Position numbers and translations under genes: made by a program. DNA of 63,793 nt, counting the filler, from Lenisia limosa (lineage: Eukaryota; Protista; Breviatea), in assembly GCA_001655205.1 (NCBI GenBank). It is 11 parts of 11 records of this genome, joined end to end, with 100 filler letters (N's around TTAATTAATTAA, not from the genome) between each part and the next. Parts side by side here need not be neighbours in the genome. Positions count along the whole stretch, not along the records: positions 1 to 2,515 come from LPNZ01007113.1; positions 2,616 to 5,324 come from LPNZ01006177.1; positions 5,425 to 36,610 come from LPNZ01009409.1; 8 more parts are not named here. One strand, written 5' to 3'. This document shows, piece after piece, positions 1 to 13,800 of this stretch (positions are counted from its first letter, which is position 1; every line of letters starts with the position of its first letter). Under the pieces are notes generated by a model. That model searched no databases, had not been told where the DNA came from, and saw only the letters and a program-made list of their open reading frames with translations.

Positions 1-114
1 GTCCACACCATCACGATTATAGAAGGAGAAATAAAAAAGAATTGGCGAAGCCGTCCATAACATTACGCTATGTAGTACATATACAGATAGCATACTACTA
101 CTCCCTCCCCTCCC

Positions 115-2040
115 ACGCCCTCCGGACTATACGCCGAATTGGGGTACTTCTCAGTGCCGTAGTGGTCAATACAATCCCGGCAAATTGCCAGGCCTTCGGA
201 CGGGGCAAATGTGTTGGACGGGCACAGTTTGCATTTTGACAAACCTGGTTGTTGGTTATTACTCTTGTGGTGATAATAATAATGACAAAGGTGAAGAAGA
301 AGAAGAACAACAACAAGAAGAAAATGGTGATGATAAGGATTTAACCCCCCACCCTCGACATCCGCATATGTTCCAGTGGCGCATTTAGTGTTACAGTGCG
401 TCTGGCCGTATTTAGGCGCATAGTGACCTTTCGGGCACTTTTGGCACTCAAATTGGCTGCCCCCACTGGTGAAGGTCCCGGGACGGCACCTTCTATATAT
501 GGTAAGTCGAAGAGGCCAGTTGCCCGTTATGGCAAGTGAAATAAATAATTGTCTGAAGTATCCGTAGCCCCCCCCCCCCCNNNNNNNNNNNNNNNNNNNN
601 NNNNNNNNNNNNNNNNNNNNNNNNNNNNNNNNNNNNNNNNNNNNNNNNNNNNNNNNNNCAGGGCTGGGGGTCCACCTGGGGTGGGGGTGGTGATTTTTGC
701 AATAAGTCTATAGAAACTATGAGAATAAAGATCAGGCGGTTGAACTAGACACACAAAAACCCCCCACAGAAAACGATAAAAAGGGGGTTGGGGTGAATTG
801 GTGTGTATACACATCATATGCTGTATGTAGTTTTCCGAAATATTATTCCAGGCCAAAAAGCCTTTGTGCAGTAAGTTGAAAAAAGAAGTGCACAATTTGA
901 AGTGATGCACATTGTAATATAAACTCCATTTCACACTTTAGCTTCAAATTTTGGCAATTAATTTCTTCAAATCAACCAACCTGGCCAAGCTCGCAGAAGA
1001 ATCCTGGGGGGCAGAGGGTACACTGATCTTCTGTTGTGTTCTTTGACGTATAGCGGCCTGGGGGGCATTATTACGGGGTCATTATACGTGCCTGCTGTGG
1101 GAGTAAAATTGGAAAATTTATGAAACAAAAAAGCCCGAATCAACTCTGTTGGCTGACAACACACGAGGGTTGATAACAATAAAACAAAAAAAACCCAGGC
1201 CAGTCGCTTCGTTAATATACAGAGGGGATAGAAGGGTGAGAAGAATGTTGCGGGATCAACCCGCGGTTATTAAAAGGTTATTGAGGATTGATTAAAAATT
1301 GAGATTTATTGAGCATTTATCGAGGATATAGACCCCCCTCCCCGCACCCGGTTGGCAAAGGGTGCAATCAGGGCTGCCGGCGGGGGNNNNNNNNNNNNNN
1401 NNNNNNNNNNNNNNNNNNNNNNNNNNNNNNNNNNNNNNNNNNNNNNNNNNNNNNNNNNNNNNNNNNNNNNNNNNNNNNNNNNNNNNNNNNNNNNNNNNNN
1501 NNNNNNNNNNNNNNNNNNNNNNNNNNNNNNNNNNNNNNNNNNNNNNNNNNNNNNNNNNNNNNNNNNNNNNNNNNNNNNNNNNNNNNNNNNNNNNNNNNNN
1601 NNNNNNNNNNNNNNNNNNNNNNNNNNNNNNNAGCTGATACGTTAGTAGGGGGAGGGATGGTAAAATTGAAAATTTATGAAATAAAAAAAGCCTAAATCAA
1701 CTCTCTTGGCTGACAACACACGAGGGTTGATAACAACAAAACAAAGTCAAGGCCAGTTGCTTCTTCACACATCCCATCACGCGTATACCCACATTATTAT
1801 ATCAAATGCATTTCTACCCCCACTCCTACCACACAATACCCCCCCCCCACTATCCCGAGCCGGGAAGGCTGCTATAAGTTCNNNNNNNNNNNNNNNNNNN
1901 NNNNNNNNNNNNNNNNNNNNNNNNNNNNNNNNNNNNNNNNNNNNNNNNNNNNNNNCGTCTCTCCGGCCGGGCAAAGGGAATAACCTGACGCTCCTGCCAC
2001 GCAAAAGGCGCCGAGAGGGCAGGTGGTGCAGAACTTGCTT
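115..2040 (-). CDS. Multi-exon Cys-rich surface/receptor-like protein with GCC2/GCC3 (ephrin-receptor-like) CPxG repeats; partial
   Basis: Spliced minus-strand exons translate to FCTTCPLGAFCVAGASGYSLCPAG (~1956-2036), AGSPDCTLCQPG (~1347-1386), GRYTSKNTTEDQCTLCPPGFFCELG (~986-1058), CRPGTFTSGGSQFECQKCPKGHYAPKYGQTHC (~351-500) and CKLCPSNTFAPSEGLAICRDC (~120-243), bounded by GT-AG. Confidence 0.8.
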
Positions 2041-2559
2041 CCCTCCCAGGATTGGTAGCTTCCTAATTTGTTAAGTTCAGTTTTCTTCCTTATTGGGTAA
2101 GTATGAAACAAAAAAAGGAAGGTTTTAAGGCCAAACGCTATTATTGATTGAAATGTGCTGTTGTTGACATCCATAAATAATACAGACCACACAATGATGC
2201 ATGATGGATTGACAATGATGCATGATGGATTGGTAGAGTGGCTACACAATGATGCATGATGGATTGATAGAGTGGATGATGGATTGAGTATTAGTAGTAC
2301 TTTACCCCAACCTTTTTCACAGGGTTCACAGATGAGAGATTTGCTAAGGAGGGCAAAGTATCCAGGCTGAAAAGTGAGTGTATCGTCTCTTCAATATTCC
2401 TGTTTAAATGACCAATACTAATGCCTCATTACAACTCCCCCCAACAACTTTGTTTATTTCTCATTTCCCTTGTTGAACAAACTCATTGTACTTAATATTA
2501 AAGCCCCCCCCCCCCNNNNNNNNNNNNNNNNNNNNNNNNNNNNNNNNNNNNNNNNNNNN

Positions 2560-2571
2560 TTAATTAATTAA
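2560..2571. other. Artificial contig linker TTAATTAATTAA inside N runs (also 5369, 36655, 39581, 43701, 46577, 52152, 55040, 59366, 62288)
   Basis: The identical palindromic 12-mer, with stops in all six frames, is flanked by N runs at ten places; this is typical of pseudomolecule assembly spacers. Confidence 0.95.
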
Positions 2572-3767
2572 NNNNNNNNNNNNNNNNNNNNNNNNNNNNN
2601 NNNNNNNNNNNNNNNCCCACCACTGACATTCACGTCAATCCACTCGGCATCGCCACGAAAGAAGTCCTCCATCTGAATAAAGTCATAGACTGATCCTGGA
2701 TGGCAGAGCCCTCTCTGAGTACACTCTCGGTGCCTCCTTCAGCCTCGACCGAACCACCCAGCTCTACAACATGCTGCAAGAGGGATGGTATTTGATGGGA
2801 GGTGATATGAAAGACGCTTTCCACATTGTCCCACTACGCACCTCAAAATACAACCGAGTCTGGTTCAAGACCCCATCCGGCATATGCCTACCAATGGTTG
2901 TGAAGGACTGTCCCATCATCTTCGACCTCATCTCCGTAGCCTCCAATTAAGTTGTCAAGTTCCGTATCATGAACGGTCACATCCTAAATGGTGACTACGA
3001 TTTCAAGCACAACGGCATTTCTCAACACGAACGACAGCAGGAGATGTCGTTCTTGGGAGCCGCATTGAAGTTGAAGAGGTACGCATCAATCTTTTCTTCG
3101 GGGAGGCTTGCGGCCATTGAAAAAGTATCAAAGAGAAGACTTAAGACGATAGATCTCCTTGTGGGGGAGACATCCTTATGGGGGATTTTTGGGGTGGATT
3201 GAGTTGAGATACTACAAAAAAACCTATTATCTTACATGTAGTTTCAATGTGAGACAAATAATATAGATATATAATAATATACTGACCGCGATAAGTCCTG
3301 ACACGAATATTAAGCTTGCTTCTTAAGTTCTTGTAAAAGCAGCAGATCTTGTAAAGAGATAAAGTGAGCAGGAAAAGTATTAGCACAAGGGATTGTGAGA
3401 CGTACAATTTAATTTGAGCAAAATGTACGTAAAAACTGAAACCCCGAAGGAGCTCAACTAGAGTTATTTGAGACATAAACGCACTTGGTGGCACGCTTAG
3501 TACGGAATAGGAGGAATTGAGACATTGACGACACCCAAGGTTCCATATCTTAATAAAAGCGCGATGTTAACTACACACTTCCACGTGTTTTGTTTTTTTG
3601 GTAGTTTACCCTCATTTTCAAGGACACACCACCCGTGCATATATGTATGATACGTGTCGATAATAGATTATCGTAGTATTTTTCTTCAATATCTAACACA
3701 GAACTCCTGTCAACAATCATATGTATTTTTTTATTATTTTTTTTTTGTTTTTTGTTTATCGTTTTAG

Positions 3768-3900
3768 ACTTTTGGAAGATATTTGTATTCTACTGGGTAT
3801 GATTCAACTATTAAAGTTTGGTCAGCGCATGACTGGAGTTTAATTAAAGAGCTGACATGCTCATCTCAAAAAATTCTCTCTCTGGCTGTTTCAGAATCCT
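3768..3900 (+). CDS. Isolated WD40-repeat exon (host gene not resolved)
   Basis: Between ttttag and gtacg: TFGRYLYSTGYDSTIKVWSAHDWSLIKELTCSSQKILSLAVS, a typical WD40 S-x-D-x-TIKVW motif. Confidence 0.55.
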
Positions 3901-5710
3901 GTACGATTGATTTGATTTGGATGAAAGCATATCTATATGATTATCTATGTAATATGTATCTATTTATCTCAAGGTCCTAAATGAAGTCATTAATTCGTTA
4001 ATTCAGTATGTTCCAAGAGAACACTATTTACTGGAAATTTGTTTAGGAATCGTTTAAACAAGAAAAAAGTAGGAAAAACAACTTTTTGAAAAATCGATTT
4101 TTTGACGAGATCAGCCCTCCTTACAGTCCTCCACCTTTATTCCATTATCTCCTTCTTGGTCAAGAATCATGAGGGAATACTCGTCTATTGTTGGATGTCA
4201 GGTTCGAAATGAACACTATCAGTTTGTCAAAGATTCAAAGTAGTCTTAGTTTTCTTTGATCGGAAGAGAAAGACTGCTAACATGAACCAATGGTTCAATG
4301 ACTCCAGTTTTAGGTACGATTGATGAATTTCATTGAGTCTTGAATGTAAATTGATGTTAGTAATCGTTAGCAGTTTCAGATATTGCACAAGGTCACGCGG
4401 AAGCCAAGGTTATTGGGGGGTGACCTTCGTAATATCCGATTTCTTCACTAATCATCTAATGGTAACTTGGTGGGTTTCATCCAGAAAGTATTGATAGATT
4501 ATGGCCGAATTTGTAGCCAAACTTGTAGTAGGATGTAGATGTGGCATTCTTGGAGGGTGGGAGGGACGAGGATGAAGTACTCCTCAAAAATATGAACTTA
4601 TTTGTGCGTTGTTGGAAAAATATAATTCGGAGTTATAAAATTCGGAGTTTTGGCGCTCCAGCATATGTATTGTATATGATATATGGTCAGAATTATTATT
4701 ACATAACTCCGAATTATATTTTTCCAACAACGCACAAATAAGTTCATATTTCATGAAAACAAAGAAAAAATGTACANNNNNNNNNNNNNNNNNNNNNNNN
4801 NNNNNNNNNNNNNNNNNNNNNNNNNNNNNNNNNNNNNNNNNNNNNNNNNNNNNNNNNNNNNNNNNNNNNNNNNNNNNNNNNNNNNNNNNNNNNNNNNNNN
4901 NNNNNNNNNNNNNNNNNNNNNNNNNNNNNNNNNNNNNNNNNNNNNNNNNNNNNNNNNNNNNNNNNNNNNNNNNNNNNNNNNNNNNNNNNNNNNNNNNNNN
5001 NNNNNNNNNNNNNNNNNNNNNNNNNNNNNNNNNNNNNNNNNNNNNNNNNNNNNNNNNNNNNNNNNNNNNNNNNNNNNNNNNNNNNNNNNNNNNNNNNNAA
5101 AGCTCAACTTTTTTCACCCCTGTAAGTTGGAATGTAGTTTGTTTTCGACTCCGCTCCCTGTCTAATATTGAGCATTGCTATTGTAAGAAGCTCTCTATGA
5201 GAGGAAATCACCCACTCACGCTTCTCTATCTGATTCATCTTTTTAACAGTCAACTTTTTGCTACTACCATTTGACCTTATTCAGTGGCACCATGGGGAGG
5301 AAAAAGGCAGTTCTTTACTTTGAGNNNNNNNNNNNNNNNNNNNNNNNNNNNNNNNNNNNNNNNNNNNNTTAATTAATTAANNNNNNNNNNNNNNNNNNNN
5401 NNNNNNNNNNNNNNNNNNNNNNNNATGTGCGTATATAATATCATATAGTATATCATATATATCATATATTATTGATATGAGGGTGTGTGCAGATGTTTAA
5501 TTAGCACGGGCGGTAACTTAGGCCATCGTCATGTAGTATACTATATAGAATTTTGCTAGGTAGGGTGTCAGAGGCCAACTTCAAATGTATGGAAAATTTA
5601 TATACTGGATGACCCTCACTGTGTCATATATGGACCATTGCCATAATTTGCCAAACAAATGATCTTCTTTTTTTCTTCTGGTCTCCTCCGCCTCTTTTTT
5701 AATCCGTTAG

Positions 5711-6508
5711 ATTTTCCTTGCTGTCACGATTGGATGTTTTGAAACCATGACTTCATTTTGTACTCACACACCAGTCACTCATGTCTCTCAAAAACCTGGT
5801 CACCAAGCCTGAGAAGTTTGCCATGACGTACTCTCTAGGTATCCTCCTGACTCTCGCGTATGTTCGGCTTTGCTTGTGTTGAGGAAGGAAAATGAAAAGA
5901 GTCAGAAATTTGGAGGTCATTATCGATTGTTCATTAAAAAGGCAAGGTTTTAAGCAGAGAGGACTTTATTATCCTGATTTCTGACCCCTTGTGTATATTT
6001 TCCACTGACTGTTGAAACGGTATTGATATTGATAACAGATGTCCTCTTTATTTTTCCACAGCTCATCGCTCTTTCTGATGGGCCCAATGCAGCAAATAAA
6101 AACCATGTTCGCTCCTGTTCGAGCGGTTNNNNNNNNNNNNNNNNNNNNNNNNNNNNNNNNNNNNNNNNNNNNNNNNNNNNNNNNNNNNNNNNNNNNNNNN
6201 NNNNNNNNNNNNNNNNNNNNTTGAAAAATATTATAAACAGCTTGTTGTATTGGATTTGTGTGTGTGGGGGAGGGGGGTACTGGAATATCATTTCATCTCT
6301 GAACATCCATCACGTCAACTAGGTAGCTACCAGTATCTTCCTTGGTTGCCTCGCACTCACCATGTAAGATTGAAAACCGTGTAGCTGTTGATATTTTTTC
6401 TTTGAGACCATAGCTCTTACCAAAAAGATACTCTGTTTTCTTTGTTCGCCCTGTGAGCCGAGGCTTTGTGCTGCTTCTCCTCGTCTCTCAAGCTCTGTCT
6501 TTCTTCTG
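5711..6508 (+). CDS. SFT2: Got1/Sft2-family vesicle transport membrane protein (multi-exon, partial)
   Basis: Exons give LVTKPEKFAMTYSLGILLTL / SSLFLMGPMQQIKTMFAPVRA / VATSIFLGCLALT, matching the SFT2 P-x-KFA-x-x-Y-x-LG and FLMGP-x-x-Q-x-K-x-MF motifs. Confidence 0.8.
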
Positions 6509-7069
6509 GTGGGTGGAATGCCTTTATCGATATCACTTCTGGTCTGTTGGATTTTATGGGCTCATTGCCAGATAAATCCAATGTCTTCTATTTCCTCTTG
6601 ACTCTTCTCATTGTTTGATTCCGTCTTCTTTGTCCCCCCCCCCCNNNNNNNNNNNNNNNNNNNNNNNNNNNNNNNNNNNNNNNNNNNNNNNNNNNNNNNN
6701 NNNNNNNNNNNNNNNNNNNNNNNNNNNNNNNNNNNNNNNNNNNNNNNNGATATAGTGGGACGAACATTCAAGTTTATGATCGGTGCCTAGCCGCTTCTCT
6801 GTATATTACGTTCTTGCTTGCAAAGAGTACTCTAACTCATATTGTGATTCTTGTGAAGCTCCTTTGAAGAGCGGCAAAAAATAAATAATACACAACACTA
6901 CTTGCTGTCGTGATAGGTGAAGATACTGTTGAATTGGAACTTTGACAGTCGAACCATAGCACCTTAAGTATTAGAGGGGAGGTTTAGATATCAACCACCA
7001 AGGAAACCAATCTAAAGCGTTTGAAAACAGTCAAGCAAATCCCTGCCAACCCTCGGCTTCCACCAAGTT

Positions 7070-10000
7070 AGTAACTTTGGAGTCGACATGAGAGTACACC
7101 GTCCTTGACTACGGTGTAAAACAATGTGCCGAATATAGCCCTCTCCAACAAGAATGTGATCATCCATCAAAGACACAAGCCACAAACCTCAGCTCGTTTG
7201 CTGCAGACCCAGCCGTCAGACTTGTGGTGTGCTGCCACCTCCTGGAAGCCCAGCGTCTCTCTGTACGGATGAATGTGATAGGAGAATATCGACAATCATC
7301 AAGCACTTATTGACAACTTCAGTATTGTAGTTATACATACAATAGTATATGATATATTATAGCTATACTCTTCCATTTCTCTGTAATAAGCACCCGCCCA
7401 CGAATCCATTTGGTCTCGAACTTGGTTGAGAAGTGACTGGATCACTGGGGACACTTTGATGCTAAAATTAATTAAAATGGCTGGCTTTCTAGTATTGGTT
7501 TTCAGTCTTGCACGACATGAAATGAAACAACGTCTGGCTTGAAAGGTCGCGATCCCTCCACCCCTCATCAGCCCCGTCAAAACACCCCGCATACCTGCCA
7601 TTGGAGTGGGCATCAAACGTCGTCTTGAATGCCCGGTTACTGGGGTTGAAGTAGGCGTATCGCGAGAGGTCTTCCCTACAGTGCCAATGTCAATGTTTAT
7701 CAAGCGATATAGGTCTTAACTTGCAACCACCCCCACAATTGTCAAGATTTGCAACCACGCCCACAATTGTCTAGACTTGCCTGTCTTGGCAACAGACGGT
7801 AAGCTGTCAATGGCGTCGATGCTACGATCGCTTAAGAGGGTCGCGGTTTTAACATAGTCTTCGTCCGTTAACATATGGTCCGCGGACAGGATCAGGACCA
7901 CCACTAGGCGACCGTACTGAATACTGGTTATTTCGTGATGGTTTCAAGACGCAAAATGATAGAGGATATAGTATTAATGCGAATTATAGTTCCAAAAGCC
8001 TGGCTCGGTCGAAGGACAAAAAGGAACGTAACCAAGCGTGACTTGCATGATTTAGATTTAGTAATAAAAGTAATTATTATTGACATAAGGGAACAACAGT
8101 TATGATTATCATACTGACTAAGATCATTTAGTTAAATTCCAGTAAAAGTAGTAAAAAGATAACGGCACCTTAAGGTTGTGTTCAGCGTGACGATTTTCTC
8201 GAACTATGTAATATTACCTGCTTTAAAAGAAGACGACAAAAAGGGATCTAAAGAAACAGAACGGCCAAATTCCAGTACCAAACCTGGTATATGAGGAAAC
8301 GGGCGGGGTCATCAGGTCCAATAAAACAAAGGTCTAAAGGGTGAAGAGGAAAGTTACGTTGAGAGATCTGCGCCAACGTGTCCCTAATAAATACCTGGTG
8401 GAGGGGGTGGGAGAATGACAGATGCTCTTGAATTGGCCGAAATTGGGGAAACTAAAGCAAATGAGAACCTTTCTCGTGTTTTGAACGCTTCAAAAACGTC
8501 TCTGCCCATACACCACCTAGTAAAGGGTCAGCATTGATGTAGGTTCCACGGGGATGCTCGGGGACGGAAATGCCATCCCAGTTGACTCGTTCGTCCTAAG
8601 GTGTTGGCCAATTGGGCAGATTACAGAAATAGTTTATTTTGGGTAATACCTAAAAGCACTACATGTTCAAAAGGGACACACTGTTTCTTACAAGATTGAT
8701 CCTTTTTGTGATCAGAGCAGTTACTTACCAAATCCTGCATCAATGCACAACACTGGTCGTAGCCAATTCCGCAATAGGCAAGTTTGGCATCGCAGAACAC
8801 AGCGGAAGCCCGGACCTTCTTCTCGCCACTTGGCCCTACTAGCAGCTTCTCAACCAGCTGAATTCTTATGAAACAAAATCCCTCCAAAAATCAACTAGTA
8901 GTATATTAGCAAACATTTGAGGCTCCTGTGTTAGAAATGGGAACAGAAAGATCCCATTCCCAGTTGCCAAGAGTTATTGCAATAAAACCCCACATACCTG
9001 GCACATATCACTGAGTTTCTCAAAGACGTCACGACCGACGGGTAAATACCGCAAACCGTTNNNNNNNNNNNNNNNNNNNNNNNNNNNNNNNNNNNNNNNN
9101 NNNNNNNNNNNNNNNNNNNNNNNNNNNNNNNNNNNNNNNNNNNNNNNNNNNNNNNNNNNNNNNNNNNNNNNNAGAGTAAAGAAATAAAAATGATGTCTGT
9201 ATCTCAGTTCCAAGTGAATTTCCCTCTAAAAACAAATAAAAAGCGCCTGATAGTTATCCAAAATACAATATGATATACTATACAATGATATATGATATGT
9301 TGTCCACACAAGGATCAGGTACAGGGGCTTTACTTGGTGAAAGTATATGATATATAGTTATACTAATATGTACATATATCAATATATCATATGATGTATT
9401 ACACAGTATAATATTGAATTTTTGTTTTTGTTTTTGAAATGATTCAATAAAACAAAGCTTTTTCCCTCAACACGAAGGTCTTGTTTCGCATCCAAGAAAT
9501 GCATTTGCATCTCAAGCCCCACCCACAGTGGACCATGAGATCTTGGGTATTCTCTCAGTGTAGAAGCTGTTGAGACGATGCCTCAAACCGTCCGCTTCCC
9601 TGCCCAAAACATGGCGTTGGGCAGGACCGTGACAAAACTAGATATAAGAACCAAATAATCTGAACTCCCAATCAAAAATGAAGAATTATCAACATAAACA
9701 AAGTCCAATCTCTTTGAATAGTCCCATAACTGCCTCATCACAAATATACTTTTGCATTCAAATATAACGTAATATGCATTCAAAGGATACAAACGTTGGG
9801 AAAGAAGGAAAAAGGTTACAAAAGCAAGATATTCTGTTTTACTAAGGGAGCGTTGACATATCCAGCACCACAGCAAGGTCCCCACCTGGAAGTGCAGCAC
9901 CAGTGAGTTGATGGCGGCGAAGAGAGCTGTGGTTGAGAGGAGATCAGGCCGATACTGATCGTGCTTCTTCTTTGACTCAGCAGGTTGGAAGGGGATCGTG

Positions 10001-10330
10001 AAAACCGTAACAATCCAGAAGTCCTTTTCAAACTGTAGAAAGATCCTTCGGGTTTTCTTGGTGTCAAGAACCTGGATGTCTTTGGAGGGGTTGAAGGTAC
10101 TAGAGGGTGAGTTGTGGGAAAGAGACCAACGAGACGAGAGTGCGAGCAGCTTCACAGAACCCGACTAGGGACTGTTGTTTGAAGATATGGCGATCAGTTG
10201 GCCAATGATAGAGGACCTGCAGGGTAAGCAGCAAGAATCGAGGACGCAAAACCGCCAACCTTGTCCTTCTCATCTTCTTCTCGATCGCCTGCAAGCTCCG
10301 AATTGAATATCACAAACGACTGGAGCGTTG
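7070..10330 (-). CDS. CCZ1: Vacuolar fusion protein CCZ1 (longin-domain Rab7 GEF subunit), multi-exon
   Basis: N-terminal SFVIFNSELAGDREEDEKDKVLYHWP...VGFCEAARTLVSTFNPSK...FEKDFWIV; middle GLRYLPVGRDVFEKL...VRASAVFCDAKLAYCGI; C-terminal YAYFNPSNRAFKT and EVAAHHKSDGWVCSKR. All are colinear with the three longin regions of CCZ1. The HPS4/INTU paralogues cannot be fully excluded. Confidence 0.75.
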
Positions 10331-10829
10331 TAAGCTCAAAAGAACTTCCACCCATTACAACATCAAATTTCACCTCAAAATTAAAAAAAAAAAATCCTGA
10401 AAACNNNNNNNNNNNNNNNNNNNNNNNNNNNNNNNNNNNNNNNNNNNNNNNNNNNNNNNNNNNNNNNNNNNNNNNNNNNNNNNNNNNNNNNNNNNNNCTT
10501 GTTTGGACGACTGTCTTTGGATCTTTGCAGGATCGTTGGTTGTGATTTTATTGGGAAAATTATAAATCCACTTTGTCAGGTTGTCGGGGAGTGGGGGGAG
10601 CTCTTGCCAGAATCATATAGCATGTAACTTCTGGGTAACATTGTTCCATGTCAATTTCACTACTTTTGGTCACCTTGCCACCTTGCTGTTTTGTAACCTT
10701 CTCTTGTGTAAATCATCATATGCACCTCCCAACCATCTCATCTTCCATTATACTTCTGTTACAAGGGGGTTACTAGTACATTTACACATTCTACAGATCA
10801 AATACCATGTTTGTCCTTGACTCCAGGCT

Positions 10830-13800
10830 ACAATAATGAGCACAGAATCAAATGTCGAGAATAAATCTCCAAACTCACCTCATCAGTATCAGAGGAGTCT
10901 GTCATTCGTGACGATCTGATGTGCAAATGAGAATAATGGGCTTTCAGATATGAAAAAAAATGATGATTCGTCCCCTATTGTTGATATTTGGTATCACGGC
11001 TTGAGTCTGTTTGGTGTCAAATTCCCCTCCTTGTTAGCTCAAACCATTTTATCATATATTTAACACAATATTCGATACCAATATCTTGAAAAAACACTCC
11101 CCCCTCACGAGGTGGCAATTATTGAGCCGGCACGTTGGACTCGTCGCGGTCGGAAGGGCTAATATTTCAGTCAAGGGTTCATGTATCCCCATGTTTCAAA
11201 CTTAGTTCATGTTTCTAAATGGGAATACTCTCCTCGGATACCTTATCTATCCGCCTGCGCTGATACACGTCATCGGAGGCCTTGCCACGTTGCCGCTCCC
11301 CGATCCGATTCGGTACAGAGCCGCTCAATGATCGGTATTGACTACTTCGGCCAAGATAGCCCTCGGCTGAAGCCTTCTTCACGAGCTGGCCGAAGAGACC
11401 GATGGAGAGTGCTGAGGGGTGGGAACTGTGGAGTTTTTTGCGATGGTATCTGAATTAATACTGCCTTTCAACGATAGGGTAACACCGGCATTACAGCATT
11501 ACATGAATATCATATTATTATAGATATTATAATATTATATGATATCATATGTAGTCGATTAATCCTTAAAATTCCATCTTTCTGAGGTAAACAGTTGACC
11601 CACCTCCAATCAACAGTGTTGAAAGCGCAATACCGATGTCATAAAAGTCGAAGTACGTCCTCGATGATCCCTGGTTCTCAGTTCCACTCGAAACTTGTCT
11701 AAGCGGTCAGAGGGGAATCTATCCTTTTTGAGAAATCTGACTCAAGTCTAAGAATCTCTATGTTATCAAAGGGCCCATAACCAGACTTGATATCTCGGAG
11801 CCATCGTCGCTGCAAAACGTTATAAAGTCCGTGTTGACGGATGGTGGAGATGATATGATTGAGATTAGCACGGAAGACTGGAGGAAGGTCATCTTGCGAT
11901 CGCGAGTGCTGGAGAGTAAGATATGAACATGTCCAATGGAAAATCCAAGTTTTTCCTTATCCTAGAGGTGAAACAACATACTTCTCATTTAGCTATTATA
12001 TCCTAAAAACTAGAACAGCCGTTTCAGCCTACTTTCAGTGAGATAGCCTCATCAACCGCATGGTATTGGTCAGGATTGGGGAAAGGGTTCTAAATTGTCA
12101 GAGAAGACTGGAGGCTTCTTTTGCAAGCCAAAGTATCTCACCTCTCCTTCTCGATATGGAAGGACTATATGAAGGTACGCAGTCTCAAGTTCATCCTAAA
12201 TCCATGAAGGTGCGCACATCGTTTATTAGCAGGAGGGAAATAACAATCAAAGGAACAGAAAGTATTGATGTAAGCACGACCGCCGAGATTGCCCCTCCTT
12301 ACTTGCACAATGTAGAGGTCATGATTTTGGTTCTGCAGCACGAAGTTGGCAAGCCTTCCCTCATCATGGACAATGGCAACAATCTCTTTATTCAAAAGTG
12401 CTGAAAACCTGGGTGGAGTGAAACCATATACGTAGCTATTATATTGTAAAAAAACGTAACTAGAACAGAGCCCCTTAATGTTCTCTATCAAAGCTGGAAG
12501 AAACAATATCAGCAAAATTGGCCATCATACAGTTCTTTCTCCGAGGCAAATATGACGGGTATTGTTGAGGACTCTCTCACATAAATCGCCGCCAATGTGT
12601 CTTCTAAAGCTCCGACCTGCACTTATGATTTCGGTTTGCACTGTAATGAAAAAAGAGCGCCATCCAACACAAAAGATCTTCCATTCCTGTAACAAACCTT
12701 GCGTCCGACCATATCCGACGCTTGGTCAATGTTGGGTGTGGCACTCGTCGACGTCAAGTGCGCCATCAGACCAGCCGTGTAACTTGCTATGAAGAGCGCC
12801 TGACGTGTGAGTTCGTTAAACCTCGCTGTGCAATATTGTTGAAGTTACGATATAGCTGACCTTTCAGTTGTTCCAACCAAAACAAAGAATCTTGATATTT
12901 CTTCAAATAACGACCTTAATATTCCCACGCCACATACCTTCACAACATACCACGCTGCCGCAAAAATACGGCCTCCAGTAGCTATGTGTGTTACAAAAAG
13001 GGGAGGAAAAAAAGCAAAGAATATATCATATGGGGGTGAGAAATAATAAGGACTTATAATATTCAAAATTTCAACCCAATCATTCCAGTAATAAAAACAT
13101 CACATGTCTCATGCTTCCTGATCATTTAACCAAGAAACAAAAGAAGGATTTATAAATGGATGGCAGTGCAAACATACTAATAATATCGCCCGCAGGATTG
13201 ATGAAGAGCGTTGTAAACGACCACTATACAGTCAGTTGAAATCCGGAAAGACCAGATCTACGATGCTACAATTTCTTTTGATCGGCTCAAAACAAGATCC
13301 CCGTACCCAGACAGCTTGTTTGAAGGAGAAAATCTTTCCATTCTTCCAGAACATAATAGAGTTAGAAGACTTCTCAAAATGGACACAAAGCAGTGCAACA
13401 AGGATGATCTGGAAGGTTGGTAAATGAAGAGATATTAATTACACAAGTGTGTTGAAATAAGAAATAAATAAAGGGCATTTGGCCGAAGCTATCCACACTT
13501 ATTAGTTAATTCACCAATCATTTGCCTTACAACTCTATGCACACAGCTTATAGTTCAGACATCATTCACCTTTATCTTAAGCTCAAAATAGTAGTCAGGA
13601 TGTTTTGGGATAACATTCCTCCATTTAATAGGATATACAAGAACGCCCAAAAACTAACTGATATAGTCCCCACAAACTGCAATAAAATAGAAAATCCAGA
13701 GTCCAGTTGAAAAGGGCCTAAAAAGTCAATGCTTAGTCCACCGAAATCAAGGGGCAAATGGGGGATGACAACAAGGCAGTGAAACAAAAGGCTATCAAGT

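Noticed and set aside
1058-1100. Frameshift in the Cys-repeat gene (GTYNDP reading)
   Set aside because: Using the acceptor at ~1058 gives an uninterrupted CQPGRYTSK repeat, so no frameshift is needed.
7770-7800. GC-AG intron in CCZ1 (ACAG|GCAAGT)
   Set aside because: That donor gives the wrong phase for the next exon; an upstream GT donor restores DSLP-EDLSRYAYFN.
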